From contig OZ038378.1 of the NCBI GenBank assembly GCA_964036045.1, forward strand, positions 12,710,001 through 12,774,000: a stretch of DNA of 64,000 nt, written 5' to 3'. The stretch is from Eutreptiella sp. 'Long Island Sound 2002'. Taxonomy: Eukaryota; Protista; Euglenida. Under the pieces are notes generated by a model. That model was not told where the DNA came from and did no database searches. It worked only from the letters and a program-made list of their open reading frames with translations. Both the position numbers and the translations under genes were made by a program. Below are positions 37,496-50,195 of the stretch, in pieces; position 1 is the stretch's first letter, and every line of letters begins with the position of its first letter.

Positions 37496-38868
37496 TTACT
37501 ACACCCCTCTCCCCTTAAATTTAGCTAACAACAAGCAACAAGCAACAACAAGCAACAAGCAACAACAAGCACGTCTCCGTGCCGTTTTGGCCATTGCACC
37601 TTCCCAACGCCTCGGGCCTGACTCTACTTTAGCCATCCTAGAGCCTGGCCGGTGGCCTTGCCAAAGCGAAGTTTTGAGCCAGAAACTCACCGGTGGCGGC
37701 CCGGGGCGGTGGCGCCAAGTCGGGAGGTGCCCTCCCAAATCTGCGCAGTTTTGGGCCAAAAACAGCCATTTTTCGCCCAAAACAGCCCCCAAACCCGCAC
37801 GAAACGCCCAAACGAAGGGAAGCGGTGGCTACATTGCACGTGCGGCTTGACTTCGCCGTGTCAAGGAGCCCTCTAGTGCCGCTCAACTCCACGATATGTC
37901 CGACAAACGGCCCAAAAAGGCGCCAAAAAGCCCCAAAAACTGCGCAATGCGCACCAACACCCCGAAACCAAGCACGGGCCGTATCTTGGACTACGTGGCT
38001 CAAAATCCGATTCCGAGTGCACCTAGTCCACCCGCAACCCCCCACTTTTTGTGGTTTCCAAGCCTCAGAATCGCCCAACGAGACGCCTAGACCCCCGCAC
38101 CTGTGGTCACTTGGTGCAGCCGGAGGACAGCCCGGCCCGCGCCCGGCGAGGGCCAACGGTGGGTCCACCGGGGTCCCCGGGGCGAAAAAAATCATTTTTT
38201 CCAAAGTTGTTCCTAGACCACTTGGGATGCTCAAACAGGTGTTTTTAGCATGTTTTGAGCCCGTGGTGGCGTGTTTTGGGCCATGGAAAATCCCAAAATG
38301 CCTTGAAAATGGGCCGTTTTGGGACCAAAAATGGGTCAAAAATGGGTCAAAAACGCGTTTTTCAAAAAATGATCCTGGACCATTTGGGATGCTCAAACAA
38401 GTGGTTTTCGCCCATTTTGAGCCCGTGGGGGCGCGTTTTGGGCCATGGAAAATCCCAAAATGCCTTGAAAATGGGTCGTTTTGGGACCAAAAATGGGTCA
38501 AAAATGGGTCAAAAACGCGTTTTTCCAAAAGTGATCCCGGACCATTCGGGATGCTCAAACAAGTGGTTTTAGCCCATTTTGAGCCCGTGGGGGCGCGTTT
38601 TGGGCCATGGAAAATCCCAAAATGCCTTGAAAGTGGGCCGTTTTGGGACCAAAAATGGGTCAAAAATGGGTCAAAAACGCGTTTTTCCAAAAGTGATCCC
38701 AGACCATTTGGGATGCTCAAACAAGTGTTTTGAGCTCATTTGGAGCCCGTTTTGATGGAGTTTAGCCCCTTCCACCACGTGTATGCACCACGTTGTGCCT
38801 TTCGCACGTACCCTAGAGCCGTATGGTGGAGCCACCTAGAGTTGGGGAGAGGGGTGTAGATTGGAGGA
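37496..38868 (-). mobile_element. (TA)n-associated element, copy 5 (inverted, about 1.37 kb)
   Basis: Reverse-complement copy with one more 162-bp unit, tail-to-tail with copy 4. Confidence 0.85.
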
Positions 38869-38885
38869 TATATATATGTATATAT

Positions 38886-39894
38886 GGCATATACGATTTA
38901 GTGGCCCGGATTTGAATTTTGACGCACATGGGGACCCAACCCCCCATGAAGGTACCCCCCCCCCCCCTATTTTTGACGTGCCGAACGCACTGAAAAAGGA
39001 ATTTCGCAAATCCGAGACAGTGGGAAGGCTGTGCGAGGCCAACAAGTGGGCCGATTCAGGGTATTTGCAGTCGCAGGCTGCAAAGTACTTTTCAGCACAC
39101 ATTCCCCTACGTGTGCACACATATGCCCCATGTATGCACATATATGCCCATATATGCATACATATGCCCCCATGTGTGGGCCTAGGTGCCTCTAGGTGTG
39201 CACCACAGCCTACATTATTGCTTTCTATGTCACGTTGCTCGCTCGGGAGGCTTCTTCGCTCGCTGCGCTCGATCAACTTGGCAGCCTGCAGTTGTGTCGA
39301 GCGAGCGTAGCGAGCGAGGAAGCCTCTGTGGGGGGCCAAAGTGAGCAAGGAAGCCCTAATGAAGGCACTTGTGCACATAGGGAGGCATGTGTCTGTGCAC
39401 ATGGAGGGATGTATGTGCATGCATGGGGCATATGTGTGCATACATAAGGTGCCACCCACCCCACACAGCCCCTAAGCTACCTCGACCTGGCAGCTTCCGG
39501 TTATGTTGAGCCAGCACAACGAGCGAGGAAGCCTCTCGGGGGGCCAAACTGACCAAGGAAGCCCTAATGCAGGCAGTAGTGTGCATAGGGAGGCACCTAG
39601 GCCCACACATGGGGGCATATGTATGCATATATGGGCATATATGTGCATACATGGGGCATATGTGTGTACTATGTGTGTCGATAACTTGCACAGTGCAGCT
39701 TGTGCCTGCAGCACTGAAAACCTTGAATCGGCCCACTTGTTGGCCTCGCACAGCCTTCCCACTGTCTCGGATTTGCGAAATTCCTTTTTCAGTGCGTTCG
39801 GCACGTCCAAAATAGGGGGGGGGGGTACCTTCATGGGGGGTTGGGTCCCCATGTGCGTCAAAATTCAAATCCGGGCCACTAAATCGTATATGCC
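38886..39894. mobile_element. fold-back / long-TIR element (about 1.0 kb) flanked by TATAT
   Basis: 38886-39058 is a near-perfect inverted repeat of 39722-39894; imperfect arms extend to about 39260 and 39510. Confidence 0.85.
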
Positions 39895-40107
39895 ATATAT
39901 ATATATTCATGTTGGGATAACTTCGGCAGATTGCCTACTAGGGTGCAGGGTCAACGGGTGGGCTTGGGGAAGGAAGTAGGGACCCCCCCCCCCATTTTGA
40001 GGGTGGGGAACTCAAAAAACATGTTTTAGAAGGTATTTAGATGGCTAAGTCTGGGCATTGGGGCCCAAAAAGGGGTAGGAAGGGCTAAAAGTAGGGCATC
40101 ACAACAC

Positions 40108-40178
40108 CTGAATCTTGTTCATGATGCTGAAATCTTCCAGACCCCAGCCGTAGATCTGCAGCGGAATGGCATTCAGTG
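40108..40178 (-). CDS. PLOD-type glycosyltransferase gene, exon 2 (LNAIPLQIYGWGLEDFSIMNKIQ)
   Basis: Acceptor CCCTGTTCCGCAG|, donor |GTGTTG, 71 nt, phase 1 in and phase 0 out; fits the xxG.g.......KI segment of PLOD GT domains. Confidence 0.85.
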
Positions 40179-41154
40179 CTGCGGAACAGGGCATGCATGG
40201 ATGCATGTTTATGGCCCTGCCCATGAGACCACCGACACACACATCCTCAGACATCCCCCAGTCATGGCGACATACCCCTTCTGCTATGACCTTGCAGACA
40301 CACGGGCATAAAAGCCTTGGTGCGGGTGCGGCCTGCATCCAGCCGCTCCCTCTGAGCAAGGGTTGCGTCCATCATGTCCCCGAAACACTGCACGCCTCAA
40401 GAGTCCCGCAGACAAACGACCCATGCCATCGTTTCTTCGTTCAGGCACCGGATAAGCATGAGAGATCTGTCTGATCGTGGGGTGTGGCAAACCACATCGG
40501 CCTTCCTGACAGGACAGGACTTCCTTTCCCTCACCGTGGGGGAGCGACGTGGTTCTGTTGGGACACACTGTGGCGGTATCTGTTGGGCGCGGGGGCAGGG
40601 CCCGGGAGTAGCGTCCAGAAAGCACAATATGGCTACGGCTGGGTTTGTTGGCCACCTCTGAACTAACAAGTCTGGGCCGGTGGACAAGCACATGCGCACA
40701 GTGTGAGTGATATGTGAGGCGGAACTGCAAACACGCATCATGGCATCGTTCCCTTGAACATGGTGTACATCTCCTGCGGGCATTCGTGCGGAAAAAGCCT
40801 GAGGTAATACGGCTGGGACATGTAGGTACAAGAGCATGCAGCAGACAACCAAATCGATCAAACATGGACAAAATGCAAAAGAATAAATGGGGGGAGGCAA
40901 ATGCGAATGGGGTCAGCGACAAACAGTGAATTGTACGATTTCTATGCCCCATTCACGAAGCAAAAAACTCTGGCGCCTTTGGCGCACTATATGTCAAAAA
41001 CCTGGAGGATGGGGGGAGGGGGGGGGGGGGTGCTCGAATAGCCAGGTCAACCGTCATTCAAGAAGCCGTGCCATGATTAGCAAATACCAACGAGGCAGAT
41101 GGTGTGGCGGACGGATGCATCACACCATTCTGCCGGAGGGCAGGGACGGCACAC

Positions 41155-41291
41155 CTGCAGACTGCAGCATCATGCAGGCCTTATGCAGTGCGTTGGTCAG
41201 GAGCGTAAAGACATGGATCTTTGGCGTGATGCGAGGACATGGGGTGATGAGCACCCGGTCCATGTAGTCGGCCGACGGGATCTTTACGTAC
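41155..41291 (-). CDS. PLOD-type glycosyltransferase gene, exon 1 of those found (YVKIPSADY...IHVFTLLTNALHKACMMLQSA); 5' exons not located
   Basis: Acceptor GGTCCTCTGCAG|, donor |GTGTGC, 137 nt, phase 1 out (G+CA=Ala) matches exon 2. Confidence 0.8.
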
Positions 41292-43086
41292 CTGCAGAGG
41301 ACCATAAGACTGCAAGCAGGGCCTCATGCAGAACCCTGCCACTCCACACATTGCGACCCATGAATGAGGCAGTGCTGCTGGGCACTCCATAGTCCTTGGT
41401 CTGTGACTCAAACCCAACCTTTGCAGAGGGGTTGGATCGTTAAAGGGCAACACTCCTGCCGCCTAAGGTATGCTCAGGATCTGGTCTCCACGGTGTCCAA
41501 ATGTGTACCTGGGCAAAGCGCACCTGATATGCAACCCATCGAAATGTGATATCTATTGAATGGGACATCCTGATGCTTCATGTTTGGGATCATGTGGTTT
41601 GGCATGGGAAACAGGGCAAACACCCACACATGTCGGTCTACATCAGGTCAACTGGGGGTATCCTTTCATCTGACACTGAAATAGTTCTGGCGTCCAAAAA
41701 TGCGGTCCAAGGGTAGTGTAGCTTAAAAAAGACGTAAGCCTGGATCGACGATGGTCGTCACTCTCTGGAGTCACGACGGGATAATATCACACTCAACGTG
41801 CGTTGTGAACAGCGCGCCAGCAGGCGCCCCAATACATTGTGAGCAATACACTGTTAGCCATCCAAACACATTGTTTGGCGTCGCTGACAGGTTGTCATGC
41901 TTCCTTGCCATCGTGATTATTCCTGTCCTCAGCCCGTGCCCTTCCGGGTGTCCTTGATATTTACACAATTATTCTGAGCCCTTAGCACTGACATGTGAAC
42001 TGAGCCTTGACCCCAAGCGGCCCATGCCAAAACTTTCCTCCAAGTTTATTGTGGCATAGCTAGGGCTAGCGGGGCCACCAATTGTCCAAACAGAATCCTT
42101 ATTAAACAAACTGTGCCACAAACCTCGAACACCATGGGACAAAAATTGTGCCTCCATTCTTCATTTTGATGATCTTTATTTTGAACACCAGGCGGCACCA
42201 GTTTTTGGGGAAATTGGGCACCATGCATAACCCCCCAACACTCATCAGAAAACTGCCACAGCAAGGGGCTGGGGCTTGGGAAGGGCTTTGCATGCAGGTT
42301 TTATGCTGCCTTGGGCAACAAATCGCTTGGTGTCGAGACAGATGGTGCTCTCCCAAGCTTCTGGAAGAATAACACATATATTTTACCATGGCCGCAACAA
42401 GTTCCATTACAGACCCCTTTTATGGATTCTTCCAATCTGCCCGATGTAGACCAGGGGGGGTTCGCTCAGTTTGAGACGCAGGAACGCAGACCCTCCCCCC
42501 GCTGCTGGCACCCACATTCTTTTCGGGAATCAGGCCTCTGTAGGGGCCCATACACTCCGACAGTGGACTGAACTGAGTAAGAAGTGGACTCATGCAATTC
42601 GTGCCCCTCATGCAAACAAATGTGAATCGAATTCAAGTCGACCAAAGAAAATTGGTGAAGCATGTAGATTGCTGGTTTGCTTGCATTGATGCTTTGTGGA
42701 ACTGCATGAACGAACCGTGTGACCCCGTTCCTCATGTGGAGGAGGCGGCTCGTGTCCCTGCTCAACTGGATTGGTTGTGTGCTGAGCACCACTGAGCGTT
42801 GGTGCTCATTGCATTGGGCATTGCATTTGACACACAGACCCACATACACACGCGCGCAGGTTTGGGATTGGGAGGACTTTAAGGGGTCCCTTTACTTCCT
42901 CTCTCGAGGACACACAGAATGACACTTTGATCTAGCTCCTAATGGCGGGCTTTCAGGAATTTCGTTTGAATGTCTCGTAAGGACAATTGTGACGCCTTGA
43001 ATGGAGCACCACACATTGTGTTTACTGCCACGGCATGCTGTTTGGGCATAGTCTGTCCCATCTTAAGGGTTGATTGTGCCTAAATA

Positions 43087-43747
43087 CAGGGATTACCTCA
43101 GGTTCGTCATTGGGGATTAAAATGTGGTTCGTCGTTGTTCGTCGTTGTTCATCGTCTTTTTTTGTACCACAAATGGACGCGAGGCAACATGTAGGACACC
43201 AAAATTATCTTGGTTTGAAAGCAAATAAGCATATGTCGCCACACACTGCGCAGGGGGGCCCATTGCTTGACAAACCATGGCATGGGAACAAAAAAATGAG
43301 AATGTCTTCTCCAGGTGGTTCACATGTTGCCCGCAGTGTTTGCACCACATCTGATCTTCATCTTTTATTTGACGAACCACCATATCATCTGGAAATTCAG
43401 CAGCACGCTTCTGCGGAGTGATGTGTTTCCCACGGACTCGTGACTTCCTTGTGTGAAGCACCGGATGTATCCGCTTGTGATGTTGGCACCTCTGTCTCAG
43501 CAGGGAACTTAGCTGCCGCTTTGGGTGGCATTGCTGTTGGAAAAGAAAACAAATTAGAAGGGTAGAAATAAGCAGGAGATGAGAAAGCGTACAGAGAAAT
43601 GGGAAAGAGAAACAACAAAACCAAATGAACATGGTTCGCCGTTATTCGTCGTTATTCGTCGTTGTTCGTCTTTTGCACTTTTTCAGTGGTTCGTCGTTGT
43701 TCGTCGTTGTTCGTCGTTATTCGCCAGCGAACCTCAGGTAATCCCTG
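43087..43747 (-). mobile_element. internally deleted hAT-like DNA transposon (661 bp)
   Basis: 20-bp TIR CAGGGATTACCTCAGGTTCG / CGAACCTCAGGTAATCCCTG (1 mismatch); flanking CTAAATA duplication (7 bp); subterminal (TTCGTCGTTG)n at both ends. Confidence 0.85.
43305..43531 (-). pseudogene. N-terminal transposase fragment with a CGGBP1/BED-like zinc finger
   Basis: MPPKAAAK..., then a frameshift to HITPQKRAAEFPDDMVVRQIKDEDQMWCKHCGQHVNHLEK, resembling the CGGBP1 N-terminus (YVTPLDRVTEF...LFCTSCNVVLNHVRK, from memory). Confidence 0.6.
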
Positions 43748-44809
43748 CTAAATAGCAAAGCGAAATAATGTCGTTTTGTGGTAGAGCGGGCTAATCAGGA
43801 ACTGTCTCCACTTCGGCAAGTGCAACTCGTCATTTGTGCCCGACTTAGTGAAGAAGTGAACAATCCTCCCAAGTCACCAAGGTGCTAACCAACCAAGGGC
43901 AGAGCTCCCACGCCAGTGACAAACCTCTGGTTCAAATCTCCGATCCGTGGACAGCTTCGGCTTTACACTCAACGCTGCTGACCGGACTCGGACTATGACA
44001 TCTGGCGCCAACGGTGCCAAAGAAGTTTTGATGGGGGTCAAAAATGACCGAAAATTGTCACGGAATCCCAGAACAATGCTGGTTTTCCAGACCCGTTGTT
44101 GTGCTGATTCCAGGAATACCACTTTCTGAAATCTGGGGACACCTGTGGGCTATCCTCTCACAGGGGTCCAGTCAATGGAGCCCCGTTTGGGAGAAGCCCG
44201 TGCCCCATCCCCCTGCAGCCCCACTAGCACTCGCTGCACCAGCAGTTCCCCCACGCCCACTCAGGGAGGTCCTGGCGGAGGACCTCTATGACCACGCCGC
44301 CCGGGCGCAGAGGGGCGCCCTCCAAGGCGCCTACAACAACGGGGTGGTGCTGTTGCGCCAGGGGGGGGCTCTGTTGCCCCTCGCGCATTCGTAAATCTGG
44401 GTGCCGCTTTCATCTGGGTTGTCAAGTGTCCAGACGTTGTCCAGACGAAACGGGTTGCGTCGCAACCAGAGGCTTGAACATACCGTTGCCAGGCACCCAA
44501 AGTGGAATTCATGCATTTGGTGGCACTGAAGATGGTGGCCCCGTGGCTGAAGAACCGTTTGCTGACAAAGTGTGCATTGGTGACCCTGAAAATAGCACAC
44601 ACGAATCCCGGTTGATTGCAGAAAGGGCCGGCCGCTGCACACAGCCCTGCTCACGTCACACACCGACTCCCTCAACACGCCCTGCTCGCTCCACAGCCTG
44701 ACTCACTCCACACGACCCTGCTTGAGGCACCAATAAAAATGCAGGCCAGAAGGCACTTGGCCCGAGGGCACCATCATAGCAGCAACTACGGTACCATACT
44801 AGATTAATG

Positions 44810-45564
44810 AAAATGAATGTTGGATACACACTAGATACACAAACTCATTGTTGGGATAGACACTAGGTAAACAAAACATGATTCTTGGGAGACACACTGG
44901 GCACCCAAAAATGATGTGGGGGACACACACTGATTTAATCGTTTTAGAAGCATTGGTGACCCAAGTTTTGGCATCAACTTGTTGGGATGTGAATTGCATT
45001 GTCATGTGTTGGGTATATATGGTGTTCCCATGTAGAAAGCTCACGAGGACCACTTTGGGGGTCGAAGAGCATACACCAGACATTGACAACTGGGTTCGAT
45101 TGCTTCAAATTTGCCTGCTAGGTTAGGGCCATTGACATTTGAAACTTTTGCTTTTTTGCAGCGCAGGCTGGTGCTAGAAAGGCATTGTATCACGCAAAAA
45201 TCCGGATCCACAGGGGATGCAAAAAAAATAATTGCAGGGATACACATCAGGTGCAAAGAAACAACTAGTGAGATGAACACGAAAAATGATGCCCAGAATA
45301 CAGGGTGCATACAAAAAAAATGGCCAGGACACACTACATACCCAAAAAGATGTGGTGGTGCATGCCGGATACACCAAACCATTGTTGGCATACTCATTGG
45401 ATACATCAAAAACCAGTGCTGCATACACCAAAACTAAATGCCGTTGTGATAGACACAAGGAAAAAACAAAGAGGTAGTTGACATACACAGTGGAACATTG
45501 GAACACAAAAAACATCTTTAGGATACATGCTAAACCACAAAAAAGCAATGCAAGGACACCTAAT

Positions 45565-45609
<45 letters not shown>

Positions 45610-45800
45610 TTGTTGGGCTACACATTGGACACAAAAAGGTTATTGTTGGCCTACACACCAAATACACCAAAGCCTTGGGTGCAACAAACACTAGATACAC
45701 AAAAACGATTGATGAATGCACAAATGCAATAGACAACCGGTTTTTGGGATACATACGGGACACCAAAAAGCATTGTTGGGATACATCCTACCCAAACAAG
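44810..45800. repeat. degenerate 32-33-bp minisatellite region with embedded (CA)n at about 45566-45606
   Basis: Recurrent TTGGGATACACACT...ACACCAAAAA..ATTG motif. Confidence 0.6.
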
Positions 45801-46804
45801 ACAAAATGTTCGCCTACACAGTGGATGCAAAATGAGCACGGTCAAGACAGTCACTAGATGAAGAAAAAATCATTGATGCCCCAACTCTAGAGACTCAAAA
45901 ACCATGGTCAGTGTACATTGATCCTCCTCATCCCATATTCACCCCACATCAACCAAATGTTGCTGCCCCTCTAAGAAGGCATCTTGCTCCTTGTTGGTGG
46001 GGTATTGCTCCTGCAATTGCGAGGGATCCCCATTGGTCCCTTGCAACACTGTCACAACACCGTGTCATACCCCATGCTACTCACTTGCATCGCTGTCAAG
46101 GGCACCACAAGGGCACCACTTTTGCCCATACCATAAGCCCAACATCGCCACTTGCGTGACAAAAGGCTTCTGTGCCCATCTTCCATACTACACACTTCCA
46201 AAGCATGTGCTCTTTAGCCTGCCCCCTCCTACAATACGGGCAGAAGGGGTCTTGGCCTAAGATTATGCAAGTGTGTCCTCTAGGCCATCCATGTGGCTCT
46301 CGCGGATCTTGCGAGCACTCCTCTTAAGCATGGCCCGATCTGGCTCTTTGTCACACTCTTTGCAGTGCCGCCCCTATTCCTGCAAAGGGATGCGGCCTAG
46401 CTTCCACCCGTCTTTGGGCTTGCCTGCACATCTGTTCCCTAGGAACCTGCAACATGTGGTACTAAGGCGCTTGTGCTAGGTTCAATGGTTGCATTGTTTG
46501 TTGGTAGGTCCGGCACCACCACCCTTCCATGGGCTGCTAGCCCAGGGCCATGGGGTCCCCAATGGCTTAGCCTATCAGTTCATTGAGTGTGCGTGCTTCC
46601 ACCATCTCTGAATGGCTACCTTCCAGAGTATGGATGGGAGGTTTGGGATTCCGGCTAAGCGTACCAACTAGCACATGCACCTATGTGGCAGTGCCAGAGC
46701 TGGTGCCACACTGTGCCCTAGGACTAGTAAGGCAAAGATAATCTCCTTGGAGTGAGGGCCTGTGTGAGGGCCAACATCACTGCCGTTTCTAGCCCTCACT
46801 CTGC

Positions 46805-47135
46805 CGGCCTTTGGCTCCACCCCTAGCGCACAAGCATGGGCTCTGCCTCCGGCCTTTGGTTGCGCCCCCACTGCATGGGCATGGGCTCCACCTCTAGCCT
46901 CCGGCACCGCTCCAACCGCATGGGCATGGCCTCTGCCTCCGGCCTCCGGCTCCTCCCCCATAGCACATGCATGGGCTCCGCCTCCAGCCTCTGGCTCCGC
47001 CCCCACCGCATGGGCATTGGGCATGGGCTTTGCCTCGAGCCTCCACTCCCCCCCCACCCCCGCATTGGCACAGGCTCCACCTCCGGCCTCTGGCTCCGCC
47101 CCCACCGCATGGGCATGGGCTCCACCCTGCCGGCA
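46805..47135. repeat. degenerate 45-bp tandem repeat
   Basis: Units like GGCTCCACCTCCGGCCTCTGGCTCCGCCCCCACCGCATGGGCATG; minus-strand translation repeats GGAHAHAVGAEPEAG. Confidence 0.75.
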
Positions 47136-49929
47136 CCTAGTTGTGGAGCGGTAGATTGTCCTCGTGAAGTGGAGCCTGCAAGCCAGGTCCACGTCTCCCC
47201 CCAGCAAGCTCAACGCTTGGCTCCTTGGCCTCCTTGCCGGGGCGTGGAGCACTAGGCACATCAAACCCTAACAGCAACCAACTGTGGAGCAAGTAGGTGT
47301 GACACCATGCCCCCTGTCCCCGCCTAGAACCCGCCACCTTGCCACCGCCCTCTTGCACAAGTGAGAACAAGGGGAGCAAGACCCAACGGTACACTACAAG
47401 AATGGTTCTCCCTTCCCAAGACACACACAGGCACGGCGATGTCCCCTGTCTACGAGCGCCACGGCAAGGTCTGTGGGCTGTTAGCGGTAGGCCTTGCGGC
47501 TGGAGGCCTGGGTACACTGCGCCCAGTTGAGTCCCGCAAGGAAGGCAGCACGGACCGTGGGACAAGGGTGACCACGAGAGGCCTTGACCCAACCCAACCC
47601 CACCCCACCCCCCTTGCGCAAGCATGGGCAATGGGCGCGGGTTCGGAGGCCGATGGCTGCGGCGGTCCTTGGAAAAATAGGCAAAACGGAGGTTCAATGC
47701 TCACCCTGTTCTTAGACAATGCCGTGCTTGCTTGTGACACATGCAGCTAAAAAGAGTGTGTGCACCGAAAACTTCCCCAAATCTTACCTAGACCATAATG
47801 CATGTGCAGGCAACATTCCACATGTTCTGGCCGTCCTTATTGGCCCTCATGGGCATTCTGTGGAATAGAAGCCCTTCCCAACCTTGCACCTCATGTTAAA
47901 CAAGTGCACATGCTTGTCCTTTGGCTTGCCTTGAGGTTTAGGAATGGGTTTGGGCTTCCTATTCTCCGGCCCAACCTATCATCCAAAACATTGAATCACT
48001 TTAAAACAAACAACATTGGGTTGCAATGTGTGATAGAATGTTGTTATGAATAGAAACAACAATCACAGGCAAAAATGAGCCCCTCTTTCCGTTTACAACC
48101 GCTTCACAAACAACGAATGAAAACATTGTGGTCCAAAAAGAAAATCCAAAACCAGCGGTTCAACACCCATAGTGTCCTTAGCCATAATCGGATGATGGCC
48201 GTCACCCTTGGTATCCCACCGGTAGGATCCACTGTTCTCTTGTTCGGCAAATGCCGCGAAGCTGTGTCCATGGTTCGTTCAAATACGGCGGAGCCGCGCC
48301 CACAAGCCGTGCTTGCGCAAGGTGGAGGGGAGGTATGTACCTCGCTGTCCCCGAAACGCACCTACAGGAGGAGTGTGAGTCTGACTCCTCGAGCTGACTG
48401 TTGCAGCTAGCACAAGTGCTCATCTGTGAGCCAAAGCTTCAAAGTGAGGCCTTCAAGCACTCAATGTTGGCTAGGATGGGCATGACCTCCAAGCCCAACT
48501 AGCCCCACACTTGCTCTCACAGTGTATCCTCCTCTGCCTATGGCTGCTCCTTGGGGCGTTTCTCGAGGTCCCGTTTGATGTGGATTCATTGGGGGCATGA
48601 ACTCTCCTCCCTGCTTCCATCCCATTCCACACAAAAGATGGGCCGGGCACATTGCCAAACCAAGCATTGGTCCCCCACACCCCTCCACAAACACACCAGG
48701 GTCTCCTGCTGTGCTGGTGCTGGCTACACCCCTTGGCGCACATCACCACTTGCCTACACATATCACTAACGAAACGCCCTGGTGATCACGCCCATAATGA
48801 TGACAATGAGGGGGCAGCCTTGGGGCACCCAGTTGGTGGCATACCACTAGGATCCGAGGCATCCCTTGACCTTGAAATGCCCAACAAAGCTGCCTATACA
48901 TTCCTTGGAAGCCCCCATGGGTCCCTCATCCATCCCCTGCTCTCCGGCCATCAGCAAGGAAATGGCTCAATGAGCCAGGTTGAAGCACTTTGTGCAATCC
49001 ATGCCCACTCCGACTAAAGCCTTCGGCGGGGCTTGCGCTTGCTCCACAGCATGGTCACCGCATCCAGCAGCCCACACCTTGGTCAAAAGGCGTATGCCTC
49101 TCCGTGCACCCATCCCTCCTACCATCGCATGGCATCCTCCAAGAGCACGCCTGCCCAGAGTCGATAAATCTGAGACAGGACCGTCAAGGATCATAGCTTC
49201 ATGGCGTGCCGCCCCCTTCTCCCTTGGAGACTAGAGAGGGGAAACCTCCGGCCATACTCCTCCACCACTTACAGCAGTTGCGCTAGCATGTTCCACAGCA
49301 CCATTGGCAGCCTCCACCACAATTGTGTTTGTCAAGGTCGGATGCAAGCCATTGGACACGGTGCCCCGTGACGGTTGCCTTCGTGAGCAATGCCTTGATG
49401 CATGTTCATGGAGGGGGATGTTGAGGGAGATGGGGGAGCATTTTTGGGCCCCAGTCAGTACACAGTCCAATGCAGCGATTTCCCCACAGCCACAGCACGC
49501 ACGAGGTCACGCATACAACGGGCTGACAGGTTTGGCACACTTTGGCAAGGCCCCGCTTTGGCAATGGGGGGGGGGGGAGGTTCAGTGAGCCACGAAAGAA
49601 ACAGTGATGCAAATATAGGATACAGCAAGAAACAGGGAAAACCTGCTGTTCATGCCGACTGCTTCACACGTATTAAAAACGGGGTAGACCGGGGGCTGCT
49701 GGAGCCTCTGGATGGTGCACTCGGGGGAGCTGTCCACTTGTGCTGCTGCCAAGGAATGGGTCTCCAACAGAAGCCATACAGACGTGACGAGTGCCACGGC
49801 ACAAAAGGGGCCCAGAGGCATGTCCGAAATGCATCATGAAACTCCTGGCATGAGCTCAACGGGCTGGACGCAGTGCCTCGAGACTGTATAAAGGTTTGTA
49901 TAGAGTGTGGTCACCGTTGACTAATTGCT

Positions 49930-50195
49930 CCAGAGAGACACCGAGGGAGGACAGAAGAAGGAAAGTGACACCAGGAATAGAAAGCAGGGAAGAGAGCGGC
50001 GAGATGGAAGGGATGACACTAGAGATAAGAAAAACTGTGGAGCAACAGACAGGTTACGAAGAAGGAGAAACAAAAATCGCAAGAGCAAGAGAGCAAGAGA
50101 GAAAGAGAGAAAGAGGGAGGGAGGGAGGGAGAGAGTGAAGGACGGCGGGAGGACGGATGAGCGGAAGCCAAGACAAAGGCAGTGCCAAGAAGAAT
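49930..50195 (+). repeat. purine-rich (GA) low-complexity tract
   Basis: About 265 nt dominated by A/G, including (GAGG)n and (GAGAAA)n. Confidence 0.7.

Noticed and set aside
37638-38733. 360-aa and 346-aa ORFs
   Set aside because: Produced by the 162-bp (54-codon) internal repeat of the TA-associated element; the other copies are not open over the same region and no domain is recognisable.
44856-44864. 9-nt match to the spliced leader (AGTGTCTAT on the minus strand)
   Set aside because: Too short, and part of the local GGATACACACT minisatellite.
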